From contig JANOQV010000164.1 in NCBI GenBank assembly GCA_031414955.1, forward strand, positions 14,698-78,697: 64,000 bases of DNA, written 5' to 3'. A program made the translations under genes and the position numbers. The notes beneath the pieces were generated by a model that saw nothing but the letters and a program-made list of their open reading frames with translations, had not been told where the DNA came from and did no database searches. Of this stretch, positions 31,957 to 41,638 are shown one piece after another (the first letter of the stretch is position 1; each line of letters begins with the position of its first letter). The DNA comes from Pedosphaera sp. GTDB taxonomy: Bacteria > Verrucomicrobiota > Verrucomicrobiia > Limisphaerales > SIBH01.

Positions 31957-32097
31957 AAACTCCAAACCCCAAATCCCAAACTCCAAATAAACTCCAAGCC
32001 CCCAGATCCTAATCGCATCTGCCTCCCGGAACAGGTTCCGGTTGGAGTTCGGGCTGTTGGAGCTTATTTGGAGTTTGGGATTTGGAGTTTGAATCTT
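31957..32097. repeat. Palindromic heptamer-repeat element (AAACTCC-type)
   Basis: AAACTCC AAACCCC AAATCCC AAACTCC AAATAAACTCC AAGCCCC ... GGAGCTTATTT GGAGTTT GGGATTT GGAGTTT, in the divergent ppaC/parA intergenic region. Confidence 0.85.
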
Positions 32098-32154
32098 GCC
32101 TGCACGGTCTGTGAAATCTTGCGCCCCTCCAGCGCCGCCCCTTTAATCGCCGCC

Positions 32155-32928
32155 GTGCCGACCAAAGTCATCGCCGTAGCCAACCAGAAAGGCGGCGTGG
32201 GTAAAACCACCACCGCCGTGAACGTGGCCGCCTGCCTGGCGGCCGCCGGAAAAACGGTTCTCCTGCTGGACATCGACCCGCAGGCCAACGCGACCAGCGG
32301 CGTGGGCCTGGAAAAGATCGAGGGCGCGAGCGCCTACTCGCCGCTGCTGGGCGAAGGTTTGCTGGCGGACAAGATCAAGAAGACCGCCTTCGAGCGACTC
32401 TCCATCGTGCCGAGCGAAGTCGATTTGTGCAGCGCGGAACTGGAGCTGGTCCGGACGGAAAACCATTTGCACCGCGCCCGCCTGGCGCTGGAGCCGGTGC
32501 GCGCCAGCGGGCAGTTCGACCTCGTGATCATCGATTGCGCGCCCTCGTTGGGCATCCTGACGCTGAACGCCTTCGCCGCCGCCGACAGCCTGCTGGTGCC
32601 GTTGCAGTGCGAGTATTACGCGCTGGAGGGCATGTCGATGATTCACCGGGTCATGGGCCAGTTGCGCGACTCGGGCGTGAACACCGGACTGGTGCTGCTC
32701 GGCGTGGTGATGACGATGTACGACGGTCGCACCAATCTCTCCCAGCAGGTGGTGAGCGAAGTGCGGAAGCATTTCGGTCCGGCGGTCTTCGACACGGTCA
32801 TCCCGCGCACGACGCGACTGGCCGAGGCTCCCAGCCACGGCCAGCCCATCATCCACTACGACAAATACAGCGCGGGCGCGGCGGCCTACGAAGTGTTGAC
32901 GCAGGAAGTGCTCGCGCGCCTGGGCTGA
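32155..32928 (+). CDS. parA: ParA/Soj family ATPase
   Basis: ANQKGGVGKTTT, DIDPQANAT, IIDCAPSLG, LQCEYYALEG, RLAEAPSHG; GTG start inferred. Confidence 0.92.
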   Translation: MPTKVIAVANQKGGVGKTTTAVNVAACLAAAGKTVLLLDIDPQANATSGVGLEKIEGASAYSPLLGEGLLADKIKKTAFERLSIVPSEVDLCSAELELVRTENHLHRARLALEPVRASGQFDLVIIDCAPSLGILTLNAFAAADSLLVPLQCEYYALEGMSMIHRVMGQLRDSGVNTGLVLLGVVMTMYDGRTNLSQQVVSEVRKHFGPAVFDTVIPRTTRLAEAPSHGQPIIHYDKYSAGAAAYEVLTQEVLARLG

Positions 32929-33593
32929 TGCCAAGGGAATCGCTCCAGCAGAAAACAGCCCGCACGCAAAAAATCATTGCGGCGCTGCAAGCCACCTACC
33001 CTGACGCCCATTGCGAGTTGAACCACCGCAGCCCGCTGGAGTTGCTCATCGCCACCATCCTCTCGGCCCAATGCACCGACAAACAGGTGAACATCGTGAC
33101 CGCGGACTTGTTCAAAAAGTACCGGACCGCGCCGGACTACGCCCACGCCGCGCCGTCGGAGTTCGAGCAGGACATCCGGCGCATCGGGCTGTTCCGGGCC
33201 AAGGCGAAGAACATTCAAGCCTGCTGCCGCGCGCTGATCGAGGATCATGGCGGTGAAGTGCCGCGCACCATGGAGGCACTCACCGCGCTGGGCGGGGTCG
33301 GGCGCAAGACGGCCAACGTGGTGCTCGGCAACGCCTTCCACATCAATGCCGGCGTGGTGGTTGATACCCACGTCGGGCGGCTCTCGAACCGGCTCGGGCT
33401 GACGAAACAAACTTCGGCGGAAAAGGTGGAGCAGGATTTGCAGAAGCTGATCCCACGCGAGCAATGGTGCCAGTTCAGCCACTGGCTCATCTGGCATGGA
33501 CGACGACGGTGCGCCGCGCGCTCGCCCGACTGCCGGCAGTGCGAAGTCGCGACCTTGTGCCCAAAGTGGGGAGTTCTTTTGGCCCGGCCATGA
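32928..33593 (+). CDS. nth: Endonuclease III
   Basis: LIATILSAQCTD, HhH GVGRKTANVV, VDTH, C-X6-C-X2-C-X5-C Fe-S motif; TGATG overlap with parA. Confidence 0.95.
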   Translation: MPRESLQQKTARTQKIIAALQATYPDAHCELNHRSPLELLIATILSAQCTDKQVNIVTADLFKKYRTAPDYAHAAPSEFEQDIRRIGLFRAKAKNIQACCRALIEDHGGEVPRTMEALTALGGVGRKTANVVLGNAFHINAGVVVDTHVGRLSNRLGLTKQTSAEKVEQDLQKLIPREQWCQFSHWLIWHGRRRCAARSPDCRQCEVATLCPKWGVLLARP

Positions 33594-34288
33594 ATGCGGG
33601 CGCGAGGAACCCCTGGCTGCTGCTCGACACTGGAACGGGCGACAGCGCCTTCAACATGGCACTCGACGAGGCGCTCCTGGAGTTCGCGCCGGAAACAAAC
33701 CAGCCCGTGCTGCGCTTTTACGGCTGGACCCAGCCGGCCGCGTCGTTCGGATACTTCCAGCACATCGCCGACCTCGAGGGGGCGACTCACTTGCGCCCGC
33801 TCGTGCGACGTCCCACCGGAGGCGGACTGGTGCCCCACGATCTGGACTGGACCTACAGCGTAGTCATCCCCCCAAGCCATCCATGGTACGAATTACGCGC
33901 GACCGAGAGCTACGAGCGGATGCACCTCTGGATTCAATCCGCCTTTGGGACGCTGGGGGTGGCGACCGATCTGGCCACCGATTGCCGCCAAGAAGTTCCG
34001 GGGCAGTGCTTCGCCGGCTACGAGAAGTCTGATGTCCTGCGGCTGGGCCGGAAACTCGCCGGGGCCGCGCAGCGACGCACCAAGGCCGGGTTGCTAATCC
34101 AGGGTTCCATCCAGCCGCCCCCGCCGGGCATGGCGCGGGTTTCATGGCAGGACGCGATGATTCAATTCGCCGCGTCCGCGTGGTCTTTCAACTTCGAGAA
34201 GCTGGTCTTGCCACCGGCTCTTCAGGCCCGGACGGAACTGCTGGCGAGGGGCAAATTTTCCCGCGACGAACACAACCGGCGGCGCTGA
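33590..34288 (+). CDS. Lipoate-protein ligase A / octanoyltransferase family
   Basis: NMALDEALL, LRFYGW, RRPTGGGLV, KLAGAAQRR; ATGA overlap with nth. Confidence 0.88.
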   Translation: MNAGARNPWLLLDTGTGDSAFNMALDEALLEFAPETNQPVLRFYGWTQPAASFGYFQHIADLEGATHLRPLVRRPTGGGLVPHDLDWTYSVVIPPSHPWYELRATESYERMHLWIQSAFGTLGVATDLATDCRQEVPGQCFAGYEKSDVLRLGRKLAGAAQRRTKAGLLIQGSIQPPPPGMARVSWQDAMIQFAASAWSFNFEKLVLPPALQARTELLARGKFSRDEHNRRR

Positions 34289-34358
34289 ATTATTTTGTGA
34301 TGGCACGCAGACAGCCGTCCACCGGCGGCTGACTTGGGCGAAGGGGGCCAGCTTGAGC

Positions 34359-34573
34359 TTAATCCGAATTCCGAAGCCGGAATGGCGGGCTGGCCGCGGG
34401 CACGCCGCATCCCTCATCGGAGCGCGGGTTTTCAACCCGCAGCAGGTCGCTCACGCAGAGCCTCGAAATATTTCCTGCGACTTCCGCCCCGGCCACACGC
34501 GGCGGGTTGAAAACCCGCGCTCCAGGGCCAGGCCACTGGCCGGGCTGAGGTCCGACTTCGGAATTCGGGCTTA
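34359..34573. mobile_element. MITE-like element with ~20-bp TIRs and TTA duplication, containing a nested REP doublet
   Basis: TTA-ATCCGAATTCCGAAGCCGGA...TCCGACTTCGGAATTCGGGC-TTA; inside, a perfect 22-bp inverted repeat GGAGCGCGGGTTTTCAACCCGC (34419-34440 / 34502-34523). Confidence 0.75.
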
Positions 34574-34590
34574 AGCAACCGTCTCCGAAA

Positions 34591-35220
34591 CTACTTCGCC
34601 TCCGCTGCGCTCGTGTTCCACTCGAAGGTGATCTTCACGTCGTCGGCGGTGGTGATGAGACCGAAGGAAATTTTCGGCGAGGGCGGCTGGATGCCGAAGC
34701 TGGTCATCTTGACGCTGGCCGTGCCGGTGGCTTTGAGCGACTTGCCGGCGCGAGTCATGGTCACGGGAAAGGCCACCTTGTTGGTCACACCGGCCACGGC
34801 CAGTTCGCCCTTGCTCTCGAGCAGAATCGGGCCTTCGGCAGACTTGGGCGTCTCCTTCAAGGTCAGCTCGGTGAGGCGATATTCGATCTTGGGATGCACC
34901 GGCTGCTTCATGGCGGCGTGCATCACCGAGTCCATGCTGCTCTTGCCGCTCTTGAGCGTGCGGACGGGCATGGAGGTCTCGACCTTGGCGGCGATCTTAC
35001 CCGGCGCGGCCTTGGTCGGGTCAGAGGCAAACGCGGCGTCCAGTTCCATGGTGCCGGCGATGATGCCGCCTTCCACGGCCCAGTCGTGAATGTTCGAGGT
35101 GCCGTCGATCTTCACCTTACTGCCGGGCTGGCTGTCGAACTTGGCGAGATCGGCGGCCGTGAGCGAAGCGGCGCAGGCCAGCGCGAGCGCGCCGAGGCTG
35201 AGAGTGCGGAGTGTTTTCAT
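34591..35220 (-). CDS. YceI family periplasmic protein
   Basis: Signal peptide MKTLRTLSLGALALACAASLTA; IDGTSNIHDW, LKSG...MD, GELAVAGVT, KMTSFGIQPP. Confidence 0.85.
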   Translation of the reverse strand: MKTLRTLSLGALALACAASLTAADLAKFDSQPGSKVKIDGTSNIHDWAVEGGIIAGTMELDAAFASDPTKAAPGKIAAKVETSMPVRTLKSGKSSMDSVMHAAMKQPVHPKIEYRLTELTLKETPKSAEGPILLESKGELAVAGVTNKVAFPVTMTRAGKSLKATGTASVKMTSFGIQPPSPKISFGLITTADDVKITFEWNTSAAEAK

Positions 35221-35312
35221 AATCAAATCAGTTTCAATGGTTGCTGAGTGGACGCGCCCCGAAGCGGAACATTTCAAATGTCTTCGCCTGGAGACCGCGG
35301 CCACAGTTTCGG

Positions 35313-36707
35313 TCAGATTTCAAACCAGGCCGGGTCGAACTTCACCACGCCCTTCTTGGTGATGGCTTCGTTGGCCTTGATGGTAACGACGGCGGCCTCG
35401 AAGGCGTCCTTGTAAGTCGCCGCCGGCTTCTTGCTCTTTTGCAGGCCGTTCAGGTAATCCCGGAGCGCCTTGGTGTCTTTGGCATCGAAGGTGGCCACGA
35501 AGTCCTCGATGCCGGTGGCGATCAGCTCCGTATTTTCGATGAAGGACTCCATGGCGAAGTAAAGCGGCGGATCGGCGTAGGCGGCTTCGTTCTGGCCCTT
35601 GCCCTGATCGGTCTGGGTGCTCTTGCTGGCGTTGGCCGCGAGGGAAATGCCGGTCTCGTTGAAGAACTGTTCCTTGCGCGCGTACACTTCCCAGCCCAGC
35701 AACGGCGAGTCCGCCTCCTTGAACAGCCAGGCCTTGTTGCCGCGCAACATGATGGTCGCATCACTGCCATAAAGCACCTCCAGCTCTGAATCGAACGAAC
35801 TCGCGAGACTGGCCTCGTAATTGAAGCTGGTCCCGTCCTCGTACTGAAACACCGCCTGCACGGTGTCCTCGACCTCGCGGCCATCCTGCCAGAAGAGAAT
35901 GCCGCCGAAGCCGGTCACCGACACGGGGCGCTTGGCCAGGAACCAGTGCATCACGTCGATCTGCTGCGAGCCGACCTCGCCGACCAGGCCGGTCGAAGTG
36001 TCCTTGCGCAAGCGCCAGTTGAGCGCGTCGGCGCGTTCCTGGTTGGGCGCGGCGCGGCGCCAGCTCGTCTTCTTGTGCCACTGGGCGCGGGTCTTGATGT
36101 TCTGGCCGGTGGCGCCACTGCGCACGAACGGCACGATGAATCGGCGTTGCGGATCAGAGCGCAGGAGCAGTCCGGGCTGAAAATAAGACCTGGTGGCATC
36201 GCGCGCGGCCCGGGCAATTTCACGCGCGTCCTCGATGGTGTTCGCGATGGGCGCTTCGCAATAGACGTGTTTCCCGGCGGCCAGCGCGGCCAGCGCAATC
36301 TCCTTGTGCAGATGCGTGGGCGTGGCGATGAGCACCGCCTGCACGGCCGGGTTCTTCAACACTTCCTTGTAATCGGTGAAGCCCTCGGCCTTGGGCGCGG
36401 CTTCCTTGGCCCGGGTCAGGAATGGCGCGTAGCTGTCGCAGACGGCGATGACCTGCGCCTTGGGGAACCGCGCCAGCGTGTTCAGGATTTCGCGGCCCCA
36501 GATGCCCGCGCCGATGAGCGCGCACTTGACCGTCGGACCGTCGTAGGCCGCAGGGGCGGCAGCGGCCGGCTTCGCCTCCTGGGCGAAGAGCGGCACCCCG
36601 CCGAGCATGCTCATGGCGGCGGCGAAGGAGGAGGTCTTGACGAAATCGCGCCGACTCACGTCGAGCGCGTTATTCGTGTCGTTCTGGGGCAGCGGCAAAT
36701 TATTCAT
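35313..36707 (-). CDS. Gfo/Idh/MocA family oxidoreductase with Tat signal
   Basis: SRRDFVK, IGAGIWG, IATPTHLH, AGKHVYCEAP. Confidence 0.9.
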   Translation of the reverse strand: MNNLPLPQNDTNNALDVSRRDFVKTSSFAAAMSMLGGVPLFAQEAKPAAAAPAAYDGPTVKCALIGAGIWGREILNTLARFPKAQVIAVCDSYAPFLTRAKEAAPKAEGFTDYKEVLKNPAVQAVLIATPTHLHKEIALAALAAGKHVYCEAPIANTIEDAREIARAARDATRSYFQPGLLLRSDPQRRFIVPFVRSGATGQNIKTRAQWHKKTSWRRAAPNQERADALNWRLRKDTSTGLVGEVGSQQIDVMHWFLAKRPVSVTGFGGILFWQDGREVEDTVQAVFQYEDGTSFNYEASLASSFDSELEVLYGSDATIMLRGNKAWLFKEADSPLLGWEVYARKEQFFNETGISLAANASKSTQTDQGKGQNEAAYADPPLYFAMESFIENTELIATGIEDFVATFDAKDTKALRDYLNGLQKSKKPAATYKDAFEAAVVTIKANEAITKKGVVKFDPAWFEI

Positions 36708-36790
36708 GACGATGGGCGGGAGGATTTGACGTTCGTGGAGTGAAGTCAAGGCAGGGTGCGCGGAGGAGTGGGATTGAAAGTGGCAGGCCC

Positions 36791-36899
36791 GGAGTGCGCC
36801 CGTCCTCGGGCGCAGCAAGGTGGAGCGTGGCGGGGTGCTGGGGATTTCCCCAAGGCATCGTGCGCGCGGACATGGCTGCGCCTGGGACGGGCGCGATCC
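36791..36899. repeat. REP doublet (REPIN-like)
   Basis: GGAGTGCGCCCGTCCTCGGGCGCAGC ... GCTGCGCCTGGGACGGGCGCGATCC, imperfect inverted pair, each arm a small hairpin. Confidence 0.7.
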
Positions 36900-37034
36900 G
36901 TCCGCTCCCCGTCTGGCCGCCCACTTCCTATCCCACTCAGCGCGGAGCGCCAGCCATGTCTGTAAGGGCCAAGACAACCGTGACAGTCAGGTCTTCATTC
37001 ACGGCCCCGCCGGGCCCCGTGAGCAGAGACGGCC

Positions 37035-38273
37035 TCACGTCTTCTTTCGAAGATCCAGGCAGACCAGCTTGTTCTTGGTGCGCAGGTAGAACAGCCCATC
37101 GGCCAGCGCCGGATAAGCCCGCACTCCGAACGATGAAACCTGAGCCCGCGCCGTTTCCTTATACTCCTGCGGCGAAAGTTTTCCGCGCACCAGCATTCCG
37201 GTGTAGGTGAGAACGAACAATTCGTCGCCGGCGCGCAGCACGGTGGCCTCCTTGTAGTCCGGTCGCGACCACTTGAGTTCGCCCTTCTCCAAATCGAGGC
37301 AACGCAACTCGACGCCAGCTTCCCACTGGCCGTGGACGCCGTAAAGATGACGCTCGTACAGGATCGACGTGGCGTATTGCGTGGCCAGGTCGGATGACTT
37401 CCAAACCACTTCCTTTTTTTCATCCTTCACCCGCAGCAAGTGGCCGCCCACGTTGTAGGCACCGGAGGCAAACACGAGATCGTCCAACACCACCGGCGAA
37501 GCGGCGAGCAGATGGTCCTTGTGCCGCGCGTCGAGGGGATGACTGAAAAACTCCCGGCCTGTCGCCGGGTCCAGTGCGACCAGGCTGCCCCGGCTCAGGG
37601 TGAAAACATGGCGCCGACCACCGATGGTCGCCGCGATGGGCGAGGCGCAACCAGCCTTGTGCTTCGTACTCTTCCACAACACTTCGCCGTTCTCCTTGTT
37701 GAAGGCCACGATGCCCGCGTCGTTGGTGTTGCCGATGTTGAGAATCAGGGCGTTGCCTTCCAGCAAAGGTGAACAAGCCACGCCGTGCCATCGCGGTGTG
37801 ACGTTGAAGTCCTTCTTCGCCGAGACGTGCCAGATTTTCGCGCCGGTCTTCGCGTCGAGGCAGTGCAACTCGCCTTCCGCACCGTAAGTGTAAAGGCGGC
37901 CCGCCAGCAGCGTGGGCGTGGAGCGCGGGCCGTTGTCGGCGCGGATGCCGTCCTTGAATTTCGTCGGGTAGGAAAACTTCCAGAGCGGCTGGCCGCTCAA
38001 CCAGTCGAGGCACTGGACCACTTCTTCGTCGGCACGACGCTGGAACAGAATCACTTTGCCTTCCGCGACGATGGGTCCGCTGAAGCCTTCTCCAGCGTCC
38101 ACCTGCCAGAGCGTGCGCGGCCCTTCCTTGGGCCAGTCTGCTGCGAGTTCAGTGCCGTGATAGACCGCGTCGCGCGTCGCACCAAGAAACTGCGGCCAGG
38201 GATTCTTTTGCGCGTGGCTGATAGGTGCGAAAATCAGGGTGAGTCCCACAGAAACGTAAAAGCGAAGGTGCAT
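37035..38273 (-). CDS. PQQ-like beta-propeller repeat protein (secreted)
   Basis: Signal peptide, WPQFLG, WPKEGPRTLW, GPRSTP, CLDAKTGAKIW, terminal LVCLDL. Confidence 0.88.
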   Translation of the reverse strand: MHLRFYVSVGLTLIFAPISHAQKNPWPQFLGATRDAVYHGTELAADWPKEGPRTLWQVDAGEGFSGPIVAEGKVILFQRRADEEVVQCLDWLSGQPLWKFSYPTKFKDGIRADNGPRSTPTLLAGRLYTYGAEGELHCLDAKTGAKIWHVSAKKDFNVTPRWHGVACSPLLEGNALILNIGNTNDAGIVAFNKENGEVLWKSTKHKAGCASPIAATIGGRRHVFTLSRGSLVALDPATGREFFSHPLDARHKDHLLAASPVVLDDLVFASGAYNVGGHLLRVKDEKKEVVWKSSDLATQYATSILYERHLYGVHGQWEAGVELRCLDLEKGELKWSRPDYKEATVLRAGDELFVLTYTGMLVRGKLSPQEYKETARAQVSSFGVRAYPALADGLFYLRTKNKLVCLDLRKKT

Positions 38274-38424
38274 GGCGTTAGGAGCAGATTAGCCAGGAAA
38301 CGCCTCGCGTCGAGAACACAGGCGCAGCCACGGCCTCTTTTTACAAATCGTTGAGAGGAGCGCGACGGCCTTCACGAAAATTCCGTCCTGAAACCTGCTT
38401 GAGCCTCCGCCCGCCCTCGGTATC

Positions 38425-39291
38425 ATGCGCCTCATGCCGAAGAAACTGGCTTGCCTGCCGCGAGCGCTTTGGTTCCCGCCCCGATCCCCTTGTGGTTTGG
38501 GCGCGCGCCGCGCTTTCACTCTGATCGAGCTGCTGGTGGTCATCGCCATCATCGCCATTCTCGCCGCGCTGCTCCTGCCCGCGCTGGCCAAGGCCAAGGG
38601 TCGGGCCAAGACCATCCAGTGCATAAGCAACTTCCGGCAGTGGGGCATCGGCCTCACGTTGTACTACGACGACAATGAGGATTTGCTCCCGCGCGAAGGC
38701 TTTGGGGCCGGTGGATCCTTCATCAACACTTGGACCCAGGTCTCGGCCGCACCCAGCTTCGATGTCTGGTACAACGCCATCCCTCCGATGCTGAGCCACC
38801 AACCCGCTTCCTACTACGCCCCTGTCGCGCTCAAGCCGGACTTCTATCTGCCCTCGAGTTTCTTCCATTGTCCGGCGACGAAATTCCCGGCCAACGCCGG
38901 CACCTCGACGAACGCCTTCTTTTCCATGGCCATGAATTCGCGGCTGATCAACGCCGGGTCCACCACCATTCGGCTGGGCACCCTGCAACGCCCCTCCGAC
39001 ACGGTCATCTTCCTGGAGAACCGTCTTCCTTCCGAAACGTCCGTGGCGTTCTTCACCGGCCAGGCCAACGACGGTGATCTGGGACAGCCCAGCAGCTATG
39101 CCCCGCGCTTCGTGCCACGGCATGATCGGCGCGGCAATCTCGTCTTCGCCGATGGCCACGCGGAGACGTTTGCGGGGAAGGACGTGATTGAAACGCGCAC
39201 CGGGGCCGGACTCACCCGGGGCGGAGCCATCATGCCCCAAACCAAAGTAGTCTGGACGGCGGATCCGCTGGTGAATCCAAACAACCTCTGA
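38425..39291 (+). CDS. Prepilin-type N-methylation domain protein with H-X9-DG motif
   Basis: [51 protein letters not shown]. Confidence 0.92.
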   Translation: MRLMPKKLACLPRALWFPPRSPCGLGARRAFTLIELLVVIAIIAILAALLLPALAKAKGRAKTIQCISNFRQWGIGLTLYYDDNEDLLPREGFGAGGSFINTWTQVSAAPSFDVWYNAIPPMLSHQPASYYAPVALKPDFYLPSSFFHCPATKFPANAGTSTNAFFSMAMNSRLINAGSTTIRLGTLQRPSDTVIFLENRLPSETSVAFFTGQANDGDLGQPSSYAPRFVPRHDRRGNLVFADGHAETFAGKDVIETRTGAGLTRGGAIMPQTKVVWTADPLVNPNNL

Positions 39292-39331
39292 TGCCGCTTG
39301 AGCGGTGCGGGCTTCTCCCTATCATCCGCCC

Positions 39332-40021
39332 ATGATGCGATTCCCACTTCACCTGCTGCTCGTGCTGCTCACGGCGGCCAGCCTCTGCGCGCAGCAGAAG
39401 ACCAACGCCTTCGAGAAGGAAATCCTCGCCTTCGAGGCCAGCGACAAAACCAATCCGCCACCCAAACACGCGGCGCTCTTCATCGGCAGTTCCAGCATCC
39501 GGCTCTGGAAAACGCTGGCGCAGGACTTGCCCGAGTATCGCGTCATCAACCGCGGCTTCGGCGGCTCGCAAGTTGCCGACTCCATCCACTTCGCCGAACG
39601 CATCGTGCTCCCCTACGAGCCGGAGGTGATTGTCCTCTACGCGGGCGGCAACGACATCAATGCCAAGAAGTCCCCGGAGAAAGTGTTCAGTGACTTCAAG
39701 ACCTTCGTGGACCAGGTCCGGGTCAAACTGCCCGCCACGAAAATCGCCTATATCGCCATCGCCGGGAATCCCGCGCGCTGGGCGCAGGTGGACAAAGTGC
39801 GCGAGGCCAACCGCCTGATTCGCGAATACACCGCCACCCAGCCCGGCCTCAGCTTCATCGACGTATTCCCGCACATGATGGGTGCCGATGGCACGCCCCA
39901 GCCGGACATCTTCGTGGCCGACAAGCTGCACATGAACGAAAAGGGTTACGCCATCTGGAAGCGCGTCGTGGGCGAGCATCTGAAGAAGATTGTGCCTGGC
40001 AGTTCACCGGCGCGGCGCTGA
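39332..40021 (+). CDS. SGNH/GDSL hydrolase (secreted)
   Basis: FIGSSSIRLW, NRGFGGS, YAGGND, DKLHMN. Confidence 0.9.
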   Translation: MMRFPLHLLLVLLTAASLCAQQKTNAFEKEILAFEASDKTNPPPKHAALFIGSSSIRLWKTLAQDLPEYRVINRGFGGSQVADSIHFAERIVLPYEPEVIVLYAGGNDINAKKSPEKVFSDFKTFVDQVRVKLPATKIAYIAIAGNPARWAQVDKVREANRLIREYTATQPGLSFIDVFPHMMGADGTPQPDIFVADKLHMNEKGYAIWKRVVGEHLKKIVPGSSPARR

Positions 40022-40026
40022 TTTTT

Positions 40027-40091
40027 AGCCCCGGATGAAACACGGTTCGGAAATCCGCCGACCGTGTTTCATCCATGTCCAATCCGTGGCT
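40027..40091. repeat. Short intergenic palindrome (CACGG/GGATGAAA type)
   Basis: Perfect 14-bp inverted repeat GGATGAAACACGGT (40033-40046) / ACCGTGTTTCATCC (40061-40074), with outer AGCCCCGGAT / ATCCGTGGCT. Confidence 0.65.
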
Positions 40092-40100
40092 TCATTCCCA

Positions 40101-40376
40101 ATGAAAGATCTGACCGACCCGCGCTGGATCAAGTTCAAGGGCATCCTCTTCCTCGTTGTTGGACTGCTCGCAGCGGCGTTACTTTTCCTGGAAGCGCCGA
40201 CGCTCAAGGTGGCGGTGCTGCTGTCCATCGCGATCTGGTGCTTCTGTCGCGCCTACTATTTCGCCTTCTACGTCATCGGGAAATATGTGGACCCGACCTT
40301 CCGGTTCTCGGGGTTGTGGTCGGCCGTGCGGCATCTTGGCGGCCGGCCTCGTGGTTCCAAGAGCAGCCCGCACTGA
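40101..40376 (+). CDS. Small membrane protein of unknown function
   Basis: MKDLTDPRWIKFKGILFL...FCRAYYFAFYVI..YVDP.FRFSGL; two hydrophobic segments. Confidence 0.75.
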   Translation: MKDLTDPRWIKFKGILFLVVGLLAAALLFLEAPTLKVAVLLSIAIWCFCRAYYFAFYVIGKYVDPTFRFSGLWSAVRHLGGRPRGSKSSPH

Positions 40377-40484
40377 GCGGCCGCCAGTCCACCTTTCGTC
40401 CCGTGCTCCCGGGGCAGGCGACTCAGCAATTCCCTCACCGGCGGGCGGCGACAGCCCTGTCGCGAGGGGAAAAGAAAGGGAACT

Positions 40485-41345
40485 TCAACTCCACTTCTGA
40501 CCGCGATCCTCGGGCACGATCCGGCGCAGGCAGTAAATGTCGGACTTGGCCAGTTCTTCGCGGCGCGTGTGCAAGTCGCGCCACGGATCCCATTGCGCGC
40601 TGATGAGCCGGCCGGTGATGCCCTCGCTCTCCGCGCTGGCCAGATAAACGGCGAGAGCTGCGCCGAGGTCGGGCGAAACGGCGCCCTTTTCCTTCCACTG
40701 TTTGTTCTTCTCGAAGAAGGCCGCGCCCACCTTGTCCGGCCCGGCGGCGAGCACTTCATCGACGAGCCGGGTGGCGAGCGCACCGGGGGCGATGGCGTTC
40801 ACATCCACATGGTGCGGCTTCAATTCCTCGGCCAGCGTTTCCATGAGCCGCACCACGGCGGCCTTGCTCGCGGCGTAGGAACTGATATTCGGAAGCGGAT
40901 TGGTCGCACCGCCGCCCGAGATGACCACGATCTTGCCCGCGCCGGCCTGCTTGAAATGCGGGATGAGCGCACGGCAAGGCAGGAGCACGCCGAAGAGATT
41001 GATGTCGAGCGCGCGCCGCCACTCGTCGAGATCCACGCTCTCGGTCGGCCCCATCGGGCCATAGATGCCGGCGTTGGCCACCAGCACCTCGACCGAGCCG
41101 AACTCGCCCAAAGCAAAATCAACCATGTCGTTCACCTGCGCCTCATTTGAGACGTCGCAAGTGCGGGCCAGGACTTTCCGTTCCGGGGCGAGGCGAGCCA
41201 GTTCGTCGCGCGTCTGGTTCAAGTCCGCCTCGCTCCGCGCGCAGAGCACGACGTTCGCGCCTTCGCGCAGGAAATGTTGGGCGATGGCCTTGCCCAGCCC
41301 TTGGCTGGCTCCGGTGATGATGGCGTTGCGTCCTGCTAATTTCAT
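40485..41345 (-). CDS. Short-chain dehydrogenase/reductase
   Basis: ITGASQGLG, VANAG, YAASK. Confidence 0.92.
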   Translation of the reverse strand: MKLAGRNAIITGASQGLGKAIAQHFLREGANVVLCARSEADLNQTRDELARLAPERKVLARTCDVSNEAQVNDMVDFALGEFGSVEVLVANAGIYGPMGPTESVDLDEWRRALDINLFGVLLPCRALIPHFKQAGAGKIVVISGGGATNPLPNISSYAASKAAVVRLMETLAEELKPHHVDVNAIAPGALATRLVDEVLAAGPDKVGAAFFEKNKQWKEKGAVSPDLGAALAVYLASAESEGITGRLISAQWDPWRDLHTRREELAKSDIYCLRRIVPEDRGQKWS

Positions 41346-41528
41346 GAACGGGCGGGATTCAGACAGGAATCGCAGCCGGAATCACGCAATGATTTAGCGC
41401 GAGGGGAATCCGACGCCAGGCAGCGTCGGCCAGCCCGGCGGAGGAATCATCACCAGGGCGGCGAGCCGAATTCGTCGCGGAGTCTCGACGGGTGCATCTT
41501 GACACTGTTGTTGATTGCCCACAGGAGC

Positions 41529-41628
41529 GGGGCGCGGCGTTTATGCCGCTTCATGGTCCGCAAGCCCGCAGGTCAATCGATCCGCCCCAATCCGCTCGGA
41601 CGGTGAAGCGGCCTGAAGGCCGCGCTCC
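41529..41628. repeat. REP doublet (REPIN-like)
   Basis: GGGGCGCGGCGTTTATGCCGCTTCA ... TGAAGCGGCCTGAAGGCCGCGCTCC, directly downstream of the NrfD-like gene. Confidence 0.7.
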
Positions 41629-41638
41629 TATAACAGTG

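Noticed and set aside
31891..32154. N-terminal extensions of the PpaC and ParA ORFs (MEFGIWGLEF..., KLQTPNPKLQ...)
   Set aside because: Translations of the heptamer palindrome; the family-typical starts lie further in.
36708..36977. 89-aa N-terminal extension of the Gfo/Idh/MocA ORF
   Set aside because: Reads through a REP doublet; the Tat motif places the start near 36707.
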